In this document: positions 18,611 through 26,541 of the stretch, piece after piece
How the letters are laid out: each line of letters opens with the position of its first letter
Numbering within the stretch: position 1 is the stretch's first letter
Source of the DNA: Gemmatimonadota bacterium
Lineage (GTDB): Bacteria; Gemmatimonadota; Gemmatimonadetes; Gemmatimonadales; GWC2-71-9
Reading direction: 5' to 3'
Assembly: GCA_036679645.1 (NCBI GenBank)
Contig: JAZDCY010000024.1
Location: 1 to 33,753, forward strand
DNA length: 33,753 nt
Program-made: the position numbers and the translations under genes
Notes under the pieces: generated by a model
What the model saw: only the letters and a program-made list of their open reading frames with translations
The model's database searches: none
What the model was told of the DNA's origin: nothing

Positions 18611-19708
18611 CTACATGAACCGGACGATCGTGCCTTCCGGATAGGCGTACCGCCGTTTTCTGGTTCCGTCCTTTACTTCGAGCGCACCGCTCTCTTCGAG
18701 CGGAATGAGAGCGCGCGTCCTTAGTTGGCCTGTGTAGTAGTCGGTTCCGTCAGAGCGGACGAAATCCTTGACGGCTTCTATCGGAACCCAGCCTTTCGCA
18801 CGGAACTCACCGAGAAGGGCGTCGATCAGCGGACGAAAGTCTGCCGATTCGAGAGCGAGGGTTACCTGGCCACCCCGCACACCCCTGAAGGAGAAATCGC
18901 CGAGGGGAACGGCCTTCCAGATCGCCTCTTTCATGCGATCCGACCCCTTGGTGCTCTTGGTCCCAAAGAAGATCGCGTAGACAAGCCGGTTGCCCTCGAG
19001 TAGCTCAAACCGTACCACTTGCCGGGCACCGACCAGGCGAAGCTGCCGCTCGTACATATCGTAGAAGAAGGCCCTTCTCTCCTCACCATCCGCGAGTTCG
19101 ACGCCTTGCCGCCATTCGGGGGTGCCAAAGAGCGCATCAAGATGCGACGCAAACTCATCGGTCGCCGCAAAACGGTTGATGGCTTCGGACATGAACGAGA
19201 CGTAGACCTCCGCCTTCGGGTTCGCGAGAATCTTTTCAATCACCTCCATGGGGGTGTCGGAGATCCCGAAGGGGTCGATCATCGTGAACGCCGGCGCAAG
19301 CACTTGCCCGGCAGCACGGAGTTCATCGAGCACGGTCGTCATGTGTGCGTCGAACGACCCTACTTCAACTTTGACCGTGCAGTTCTCAGGGATCCGATCT
19401 CTTCGCTGATCGACCATTCCCTGAAGGTGTCGAGCCCGTTCGGCGTTCTTCTCAATGAACACGAAGACCGCCTCACCTCGAACAAGATCTCTGTGTTTGT
19501 GATCCAGATAGGTATCGAGCGCGATGATCGGAGAGCCGACTTCCCCGCCGGCGTACTCACCGGGGCCGGCGAATCCGTCGATGAAGAGCAGGCGTCCAGA
19601 CCTCGAGCCGATGATCGGAAACCATGCGCCGAGATAGTGCTTTAGCACGAGGTGTTTCCCGCGCGTGTGCTCGTCCAGTTGCCACACGACAGACTTCGGC
19701 TCGCCCAC
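18611..19708 (-). CDS. tcmP: Three-Cys-motif partner protein TcmP (methyltransferase-like fold)
   Basis: W...EHT..KH..L..YL.AW, FIDGFAGPG, FIE and IDPFG motifs; adjacent to DUF5131; GGAGG RBS and GTG start. Confidence 0.85.
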   Translation of the reverse strand: MGEPKSVVWQLDEHTRGKHLVLKHYLGAWFPIIGSRSGRLLFIDGFAGPGEYAGGEVGSPIIALDTYLDHKHRDLVRGEAVFVFIEKNAERARHLQGMVDQRRDRIPENCTVKVEVGSFDAHMTTVLDELRAAGQVLAPAFTMIDPFGISDTPMEVIEKILANPKAEVYVSFMSEAINRFAATDEFASHLDALFGTPEWRQGVELADGEERRAFFYDMYERQLRLVGARQVVRFELLEGNRLVYAIFFGTKSTKGSDRMKEAIWKAVPLGDFSFRGVRGGQVTLALESADFRPLIDALLGEFRAKGWVPIEAVKDFVRSDGTDYYTGQLRTRALIPLEESGALEVKDGTRKRRYAYPEGTIVRFM

Positions 19709-19723
19709 GGGTCCTCCCGATCG

Positions 19724-20503
19724 CTACGCTACCGAACGACCGTCAAGCTCGGGGTATTCACTCCACTCCTCACCAGCCAGTAGTCTCCCTCCTGCCTTGG
19801 GCGTTCGTCCTCCCCACTGCTTCCAGAAGAAGGGCACATTCTGCCGCACGCAGCGGTCCCGGAGCCCGATCGCCCAAGAGGGGTCAACGGGTCGTGCTTC
19901 GGGACCGCTCTCCCCACCGCCTATCACCCAGTGAATCCCACGCAGATCCAACGTGTGCAGCTGTCCGAGCAGCGGCTCGCAGGAGAGGAATCGCACCGCT
20001 GCTCTGACGGCCCGGAGATGCCGCACGCGGTACAGGACCTCCTCGTTCTCAACCGAGGTTCCGATCCATACGTGCTCAGGCACAGCGCGTAGCCCGAGAC
20101 TCGGTCCATACCGGTCCCAGAATCTCGCCGCCCTCGCCGGACGTTTTGTGAGTACCTGGTAGATATGCCAGTCGGCGGTCAACATGATCTCAAACACCGC
20201 GAGCACGAACTCATCAGGGATGTCCCGGTGGAAGAGATCGGACATAGAGTTCACGAAGATCATGCTGGGCTTCGACCAGCGGATAGGGTAGTCGAGCCGC
20301 TCGGGCCAGAGGCGCACCGCGAACGGGTCGGCTCTGTTATGGAGGGAGTCAATCACCGGAGGTTGCCGCAGGTAGACGTTGCGCAACCGCTTCTCGGCGA
20401 GCGTCGCGGCGTAGCAATGGTCACAGCCGGTGCTCACCTTCGTGCAGCCGGTGACCGGATTCCAGGTCGCGTCAGTCCATTCGATGCCGGTTCGTTCAGC
20501 CAC
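19724..20503 (-). CDS. DUF5131 / phage Gp37-Gp68 family three-Cys-motif protein
   Basis: IEWTDATWNPVTGCTKVSTGCDHCYA, FVNSMSDLFH, QVLTKR, RFLSCEPLL, WVI.GGESG and FFWKQWGG. Confidence 0.93.
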   Translation of the reverse strand: MAERTGIEWTDATWNPVTGCTKVSTGCDHCYAATLAEKRLRNVYLRQPPVIDSLHNRADPFAVRLWPERLDYPIRWSKPSMIFVNSMSDLFHRDIPDEFVLAVFEIMLTADWHIYQVLTKRPARAARFWDRYGPSLGLRAVPEHVWIGTSVENEEVLYRVRHLRAVRAAVRFLSCEPLLGQLHTLDLRGIHWVIGGGESGPEARPVDPSWAIGLRDRCVRQNVPFFWKQWGGRTPKAGGRLLAGEEWSEYPELDGRSVA

Positions 20504-20636
20504 TTGGTCCCTCCCAGTTGCGACGATCGCGCAGGCCCTGGGATGCGTGATGGCACCTACGGAGCGCCGGGCCCCTCGGCAATCCCGGCACTCTCGCGGC
20601 CTTGCTACTCGCGTGACGGAAGATCTTCTCCAGGGC

Positions 20637-20663
20637 CTCTGAGCCGGGATTCGACTCGGAGCG
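20637..20663. repeat. Direct repeat R, copy 2
   Basis: Matches 18401-18428; lies 3 nt past the DUF4062 stop. Confidence 0.8.
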
Positions 20664-20666
20664 TGA

Positions 20667-21830
20667 TCACCGGTCCTCGGTGCGCCTCTTGAGGTACACC
20701 GTCAGCCGGGCGACCTCCTCGGTCGGTTCTTCGAGGTCGTGACGGCCGATCGTCCGGGCTGTATCGTAAGCAACGATAGGGTCGTCCGAACCCCAGATGT
20801 TCACGGTGTACGATGCACTGGGGCGCGCATCATCTACGATCGACCGGTGCCCGATATTGTGGATTGACGCATTCCACAGAAAACTCTGGTGTCGCAGATA
20901 CGGATCAAACCGCTGGACGAAACGGGCATAGAACGCCAGGATCGCATAACCCGCCCGTTCGATGTCGTCCTTCGAAACCACGATGGGATCCAGGAACTGG
21001 TCTAGTGCTGCGCGGCGCGAGCCGCCGCCGAACTCCACATCACATGTCAGGTGGCCGCGCTCGCTCAGACGAAGTCGCACATACGGTCCTTCTCGCCGTC
21101 CAGACGCTCCCTGTTCGATGTCCAACACGCCGCCTTTCATTCGGTGGTTCTTCCCCACGGTGTAGTCCAGGAGTTCCACATCTCGGTCATGTGCAAGTTC
21201 GTAGACAGTGCGCGCAAGTTCATCCACATTGACCTTGACCGGATCAACGAGTTCCTCGTCACGCTGCGGAACAATCACCACCCGAAGGATCGGATCACCG
21301 CCTCGCTGCACGGGTTCGAGAAGAGCTGCATTCAGGGAAGCGGGACTGGTCACTGGGAGCCTCAGGGCTTCGACGAGCGGTCGTAGGGCGCGGCGAACCT
21401 CATGAGCGAGTGTTTCTGGGCTTCCAAAGGTACGACGTAACGAACCATCGACAAACTCAGACACCTTGGCGGTGAGGCGGCCAGCGTCCTCGTCTCGTTC
21501 TCCTTCTTTCACGAACACGACGACCGGAAGCTTCTGCACCTGCGCCTGATCGTATTCCTCTTCCACTACCAGTCTTCCTGAAGGCGCTACCCACCCACCG
21601 CGTTCACCAACGATCAGGACAAAGATGTCACTGGAGTCAACGGCATCTAGGCATGCGTTCCGTGGCGACGTCGCGAGGGAGGGGAAGTCTTCGTTTACGA
21701 GGATTGACTGCGCCCCCAACTCTCCGATCGCCTCTCGGGCTGCCTCGCGGTAGGCCCTGAACCCTTCTACCACAGAACTCACGAACACCCGAGGCGGTGA
21801 CGGGCTCTGCAAGGATGTCTCCTCCGTCAC
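20667..21830 (-). CDS. DUF4062 (TIR/NDT-like) domain protein with an unknown C-terminal domain
   Basis: RVFVSS...REAAREAI...CLDAVDSSDIFVLIVGERGG...EEEYDQA...PVVVFVK; the GTG start overlaps the upstream TAG. Confidence 0.82.
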   Translation of the reverse strand: MTEETSLQSPSPPRVFVSSVVEGFRAYREAAREAIGELGAQSILVNEDFPSLATSPRNACLDAVDSSDIFVLIVGERGGWVAPSGRLVVEEEYDQAQVQKLPVVVFVKEGERDEDAGRLTAKVSEFVDGSLRRTFGSPETLAHEVRRALRPLVEALRLPVTSPASLNAALLEPVQRGGDPILRVVIVPQRDEELVDPVKVNVDELARTVYELAHDRDVELLDYTVGKNHRMKGGVLDIEQGASGRREGPYVRLRLSERGHLTCDVEFGGGSRRAALDQFLDPIVVSKDDIERAGYAILAFYARFVQRFDPYLRHQSFLWNASIHNIGHRSIVDDARPSASYTVNIWGSDDPIVAYDTARTIGRHDLEEPTEEVARLTVYLKRRTEDR

Positions 21831-22141
21831 TACAGCACGTGTTGGAGCTGCCGGACGAACGCCACCAAGTTGCCTCCCGTGAAATCCGGCGTGTTCATTC
21901 TCGTTCGGTCCCAGAGAGTGAATATGCTTTGCTCCTTGGGGTTGGGCGCGCGTCCACCTCCAGAGCCGCCGGGTGCGCAACTGGAGGTTCGGAGGATCAT
22001 GTCGATGTCGGGTTCTTTCACGCGGATCTCCACGCAGACGTCCAAAGCGTCGTGTCTCCGCATCTGGACCTGCTGCGTCAGCCAGTTCGCGTCCGCGTCA
22101 CTGAGCGACCGGGTAGCCTGACCGATTCGAATCGTAATCAT
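21830..22141 (-). CDS. Hypothetical protein (103 aa)
   Basis: Fills the gap between HNH and DUF4062, GGAG RBS, stop overlaps the next start; no family recognised. Confidence 0.7.
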   Translation of the reverse strand: MITIRIGQATRSLSDADANWLTQQVQMRRHDALDVCVEIRVKEPDIDMILRTSSCAPGGSGGGRAPNPKEQSIFTLWDRTRMNTPDFTGGNLVAFVRQLQHVL

Positions 22142-22160
22142 GAGTATCTCGCTCCGCCGC

Positions 22161-22448
22161 CTACCTCCGGGCGATGTTGTTTTTACCGCCCGCAGTTACG
22201 TTGCACCTGAGCCGGCCGTCGCTCTTGTCTACATTATTCTCCCACTGGAGCGGCCTGAGGTTACTCAGCCCATCACCCCCGTTGGGATTGATATGATCAA
22301 TTTCCCAACCGTACTGTGACTTCCGGTTTCCGTACTCGGTCCGACCGATCCAAGCATCGCAGGCATCCTTGCGCCAGCGAGATGGGTTGTCGGACACCGT
22401 TTTCCCCTTCTGCCAAACTGCCTCGATCATCTGATCTGTCCAAGTCAT
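22161..22448 (-). CDS. Small HNH endonuclease
   Basis: WRKDAC...YGWEIDHI.P.GG.D.LSNLRPLQW.NN..K; AGGAG RBS. Confidence 0.88.
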   Translation of the reverse strand: MTWTDQMIEAVWQKGKTVSDNPSRWRKDACDAWIGRTEYGNRKSQYGWEIDHINPNGGDGLSNLRPLQWENNVDKSDGRLRCNVTAGGKNNIARR

Positions 22449-22716
22449 ATCATCTCCTATCCGAATGTCCCACCAGATCGTCGGCTTCCGAATGCGTGCA
22501 GTGTCCCCCCCCTCAACGATCGACCACGCCTGCGTTGGGTGTCTTGCAGCAGGCCGTGAACTTCCCGCAGGACAGCATTGCGCGGTGCCGCGCTGGCATC
22601 CCGCCGCGTCGACTAACGCGGTACCACTCGTACCAGCGTTCAGTAACTAGTTGTACATAGAAGATCTGGAATGCGCAAGGGGCTCCGCGTGGTCGAGCGC
22701 CCCAAACCGAACGGCT

Positions 22717-23406
22717 CTAGAGCATCGGGGATTGGTCCGTCACATAGCCTCGCGTTTCCAGCGCAATGGCTGCGGCCTCAATGGACAGTCCGAAGATTTC
22801 GTGCAACGGGAGAAGATCACGGTGCAGCTCGCGAACCAAGCGCCGGGCCTGCTGCCGCATGTCGCTCGAGGAGCACACGATCGGTGGTGGCCCAAGGCGC
22901 TTTTCGAACTCGATGCGCAGGAGTTCGCCGTTAACGAGAAGGGCGACCGCGAATCGGTTCGCTTGCCACTCTTCAGGAGGGACCTTCTGCTGTGGAAGAG
23001 GAAACACATGAGACCCAACACTCACTACAGCCTCGGATCCTGCGTCATCGTGGATCGCTAGCGATAACTGATTTCGTGCAGCCAGGAAGAGCGGTCGGTG
23101 CAGAACCCAGTGTCCCAATTCGTGCGCTAGGGTGAATCGATAGCGTCCCGCGTCGTCCCGAAGGCTCCGGCAGATCTCGATCCGTCCCGCAAGGGGGAGA
23201 GTGCGCCCGAGGATCTTGTCACCATCGCTCGACCCAAGATGTTCCTGGTCCGAGAAGATCAGTCCTTCCTCTTCGTAGAGACAATCGAAAACTACAACCT
23301 CAAGGTCGACACGGCATCCAGGTGCTTCGTCACCGTCGAACGCTCGTGAAACGAGGGAGCGTGCGGCCGCCTCGATTTGGGACTCCGGAAGGAAGGGATA
23401 CTGCAG
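22717..23406 (-). CDS. ImmA/IrrE-family Zn metallopeptidase (longer than the ORF-track call; start uncertain)
   Basis: Open frame from LQYPFLPESQIEAAA...; contains RYRFTLAHELGHW (HExxH) and EWQANRFA..LL; no in-frame ATG/GTG upstream of the HExxH motif, CTG at 23406 is the candidate start. Confidence 0.8.
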   Translation of the reverse strand: MQYPFLPESQIEAAARSLVSRAFDGDEAPGCRVDLEVVVFDCLYEEEGLIFSDQEHLGSSDGDKILGRTLPLAGRIEICRSLRDDAGRYRFTLAHELGHWVLHRPLFLAARNQLSLAIHDDAGSEAVVSVGSHVFPLPQQKVPPEEWQANRFAVALLVNGELLRIEFEKRLGPPPIVCSSSDMRQQARRLVRELHRDLLPLHEIFGLSIEAAAIALETRGYVTDQSPML

Positions 23407-23410
23407 TTGG

Positions 23411-23740
23411 TCACCGCCCTTTCTCAGACATCCGTTGTATCCAGTCCTCCTTTTCCTTCTTGGTCATCTTGCGGACCTTTCGGAAGAGGGCTAGCTCCAG
23501 CTCGCTTCTGGGCTTCAGATTCTCGGGGAGCTTCTGCGCTGCCGCGAGAAGCTCGTCGATCTTGAGCTCAAGGACCCTCGCGATATCCAGCAGCGTGCCC
23601 TCGGAAACAGACACGTTTTCGTCCTTCTCCAGCATCACCGCAAAAGTTGGGGATTTCCCTATGAGGCGGGCGAACTCTCTGAGGCCGATCTTCTTCTTGA
23701 GCCTCCGCTGGCGGATCAACCGACCGAGCTTGGGTGGCAT
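23411..23740 (-). CDS. XRE-family HTH regulator
   Basis: LG.LIR.RR....IGLREFARLIGKSPTF...LE; sits immediately upstream of the ImmA/IrrE gene. Confidence 0.88.
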   Translation of the reverse strand: MPPKLGRLIRQRRLKKKIGLREFARLIGKSPTFAVMLEKDENVSVSEGTLLDIARVLELKIDELLAAAQKLPENLKPRSELELALFRKVRKMTKKEKEDWIQRMSEKGR

Positions 23741-23795
23741 TTCGCCTCGTGGTGAAGTGTTCCCTGAACGCTAAACTAGTACGGCAGTCTGGACC

Positions 23796-24944
23796 TCACA
23801 ACTCTCCAGTGAACGCCTTGTCGAGGAGAGACGGGAGTAGGGCAGCTAGATCCCCGGAGGCTCCTTCCTGAAACCGCCTCAGCATCTCGATTTTCGGTAG
23901 AATGAGCCGGAGTCGTTCCTGTGCTTCAGCAGGTGGGACGGGCATCCTGTACTGCAAGAACGTATCGGGCTTCAGCCTGCGCCTGCGAACGTTCGTACCA
24001 GTGCTGGCCCCGGATATGACAGGCCACACAGAGGGCGCCTTAAAGTGCGTGTCAACAACCTCGGCCAGAATCCGGTCACTGTCTATCTCAAAAACGGGGA
24101 ACTCAGGTGAGACAACACAGCCATCACATTCGGCCGGAACCACACCAAAGGCACCCTCCCACGCCATCAGCTTCGGGTAGACGAAGTCTCCTTTCCGGAG
24201 GCGGGTCAGCCGACTATAGGAAAAATCGATCCCCGCGCGAATCTCCCCTTTGAACACGCCACGGCCAAACGAATACACACCTGCGAATTCGTACGTGGCA
24301 CTCGGAAGCACGACCACGTCTGGTTCGCGTAGCCGGACGAGCTCGCGCATCGGCACAGTCGCTGTGGGACCGTCTGAGTATGCGATCGCCCTGCCAAGTG
24401 ACTCGAGCATTCTTGTCGTCTCTCGCTGTAACGAGCTGATCTGAGCGAGCTTCCCCGCCAACTCCTCAATCCGCCCCACAATCCGCCGCTGCTCGGCCAG
24501 CGGCGGCAGAGGGATTTCGCACGCTAGCAGGGTCTTGGGACGGACTGCCGCGTAGCCCGTGCTGCCTCTCGCTTCAGCCTCTAACTGCTCCTGAAGGTAG
24601 TTGGCCGAGAAGATTGCCTGAAGCCAACGCGGTTCCAGTCGATCCGTGAGCACATCGAACAAGAAGAAATGGCTCGTGCAGAGAGCGCCTGTCCCTTCGG
24701 GTGGCACGAAACCAATCGCGCCCTTCTTGCCCCAGATCTCGGACAAGATGACTTGTCCTGCTCTGGCAAGTTGGTGCCGCTTCATTTTCAGCAGGCTACC
24801 ATCGGCGGGGTTGTCCAGAACCACCCCCTTGCCGTACAGCTTCACCGACAGCTTCGGGTAAACACGCGGTTCTGGCGCGTCAATGTATTCTGTGTTCTGA
24901 ACAAGCACCTCGCCGAGCCGGACTCCGCGCCAGTTTCCGCTCAT
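23796..24944 (-). CDS. hsdS: Type I RM specificity subunit
   Basis: W..V.LGEV, IPLPPLAEQRRIV, PVPP.E.Q and SLLDKAFTGEL; ATGA overlap with hsdM. Confidence 0.93.
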   Translation of the reverse strand: MSGNWRGVRLGEVLVQNTEYIDAPEPRVYPKLSVKLYGKGVVLDNPADGSLLKMKRHQLARAGQVILSEIWGKKGAIGFVPPEGTGALCTSHFFLFDVLTDRLEPRWLQAIFSANYLQEQLEAEARGSTGYAAVRPKTLLACEIPLPPLAEQRRIVGRIEELAGKLAQISSLQRETTRMLESLGRAIAYSDGPTATVPMRELVRLREPDVVVLPSATYEFAGVYSFGRGVFKGEIRAGIDFSYSRLTRLRKGDFVYPKLMAWEGAFGVVPAECDGCVVSPEFPVFEIDSDRILAEVVDTHFKAPSVWPVISGASTGTNVRRRRLKPDTFLQYRMPVPPAEAQERLRLILPKIEMLRRFQEGASGDLAALLPSLLDKAFTGEL

Positions 24945-26530
24945 GGTTTCTGCGCCAATGCAACCCTGATCTCCCGCATCAGCTCGATGATCCGCTGCTC
25001 CTTCTTCAGGATGTTCTCGACCAACTGCTCAGGTGGTAGGTGCTCGAGATCCTCCCCGGCGTTGGGATTCTTGATATCGAGGTTTACCGATTCCAACGCT
25101 CCGTCTTTCCCGTACTTGAGCACGTCCTCCGCCCGCACGCGCCACGCATGCTCGTTCTCTTCCCGCTTCTTCCACCACGCCAGGCAGTCCGCGAATTCCT
25201 CCACCTGCATCGGTTTCGTCTTTGTGTAGTTCTTGCGTCCCTCGGGCAGCGGGATCCCGTAGTACCAGATCTCCCGCGTGGGTCCCGATCGGTCGAAGAA
25301 GAGCACGTTGGTAGGAATCAACGTGTATGGAGAGAACACCCCGTTCGGGAGCCGTACCACAGTGTGAAGGTTGAATTCCTTGAGGAGTTGCTCCTTGATC
25401 CGCACGCACACCCCGTCACCGGACAGGGTCCCGTTCGGCACCACCACCGCCGCACGCCCGCCACGCTCCGAGCCTCGGCCCGGGCGCCTCAGCCTGCGCA
25501 TGATCAACTGCAAAAACAACAGGGCCGTCTCAGCGGTCTGCATGTCCGGCGGGAAGTTCCCCTTGACCCCCGCTTCTTCCGCACCGCCGAACGGCGGGTT
25601 CGTAAGAATCACGTCCACACGATCCCTGTCACCCAACTCGGCCAGCTTGAAGCGCAGACTGTTCTCGGGGTCGATCTCCGGCGCTTCGAGCCCGTGGAGC
25701 AGCAGGTTCATCTGACACAGGAGGTACGGTAGCGGCTTCGCTTCGCCTCCGAAGAGACTGCCGGTCTGGAGCCGTCGGCGATGCTGGACCGTCTTGCACT
25801 GCCGCTCGAGGTGATCGTACACCTCCACTAGGAAACCACCCGTACCGCACGCTGGGTCGAGCACCGTCTCGCCGAGCCGCGGATCGGTCGCCTGCACCAT
25901 GAAGCGGACCACCGGGCGCGGCGTGTAGAACTCGCCGTTCTCTCCGGCCGCGTCGCGCATCTGCTTCAGCAACGACTCGTACAGATGACCGAGCGTGAAC
26001 AACTCTTCCTTCGCCAGGAAGTGGATACCATTCACCTTGTTGATCACGTCACGCAGGAGGTACCCGCTCGTCATGCGGTTTGCGACGCCGGAGAACACTG
26101 TGGCGATCACCTGCCGCCGCCGTGCAGGACCGTCGCTACCCCGCAGCTTCCGGAGATAGGTGAACAGTCCCGGTCCTTCCTTCCCGTTCGGAAGCGTTGC
26201 CTTCTCGTGGCTGATGAAGGCGAGCAAGTCGGGACCCGTGATGCCGTCTTCCTTCCCGGCCCAGTCTCGCCACCGGTACGGGGACTCGATTGCCGGCCGG
26301 TACCGCTTGCCGCGAAGCTTCGCCTTCGACGCCTCGATCTGCTCCATGTCGTCCAGGAACTTCAAGAACATGATCCAGGTGAGCATCGGCAGCCGGTCCA
26401 GATCCGTGGATAGGCCCTTGTCCTTGCGCATGATCTTGCGCGCGGACTTGATCAGGCTGCCGAGCTGCTGGGCGGTGGTTTGCGGCGTGGCCTTGGCGGC
26501 TTTCTTCTTCCTGGTCTTGCGTGGAGGCAT
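24941..26530 (-). CDS. hsdM: Type I RM N6-adenine methyltransferase
   Basis: GEFYTPR, DPACGTGGFL, ILTNPPFGG and RLPNGVF. Confidence 0.96.
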   Translation of the reverse strand: MPPRKTRKKKAAKATPQTTAQQLGSLIKSARKIMRKDKGLSTDLDRLPMLTWIMFLKFLDDMEQIEASKAKLRGKRYRPAIESPYRWRDWAGKEDGITGPDLLAFISHEKATLPNGKEGPGLFTYLRKLRGSDGPARRRQVIATVFSGVANRMTSGYLLRDVINKVNGIHFLAKEELFTLGHLYESLLKQMRDAAGENGEFYTPRPVVRFMVQATDPRLGETVLDPACGTGGFLVEVYDHLERQCKTVQHRRRLQTGSLFGGEAKPLPYLLCQMNLLLHGLEAPEIDPENSLRFKLAELGDRDRVDVILTNPPFGGAEEAGVKGNFPPDMQTAETALLFLQLIMRRLRRPGRGSERGGRAAVVVPNGTLSGDGVCVRIKEQLLKEFNLHTVVRLPNGVFSPYTLIPTNVLFFDRSGPTREIWYYGIPLPEGRKNYTKTKPMQVEEFADCLAWWKKREENEHAWRVRAEDVLKYGKDGALESVNLDIKNPNAGEDLEHLPPEQLVENILKKEQRIIELMREIRVALAQKP

Positions 26531-26541
26531 CGGTCAGTAAT

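Noticed and set aside
19724..20503. Gp37/Gp68 family label as a prophage marker
   Set aside because: The family is common in non-phage islands together with TcmP, and there is no phage context here
20637..20663. GGGATTCGACTC resembling a tRNA T-arm or tmRNA 5' motif
   Set aside because: No cloverleaf, acceptor stem or CCA end could be built around either R copy
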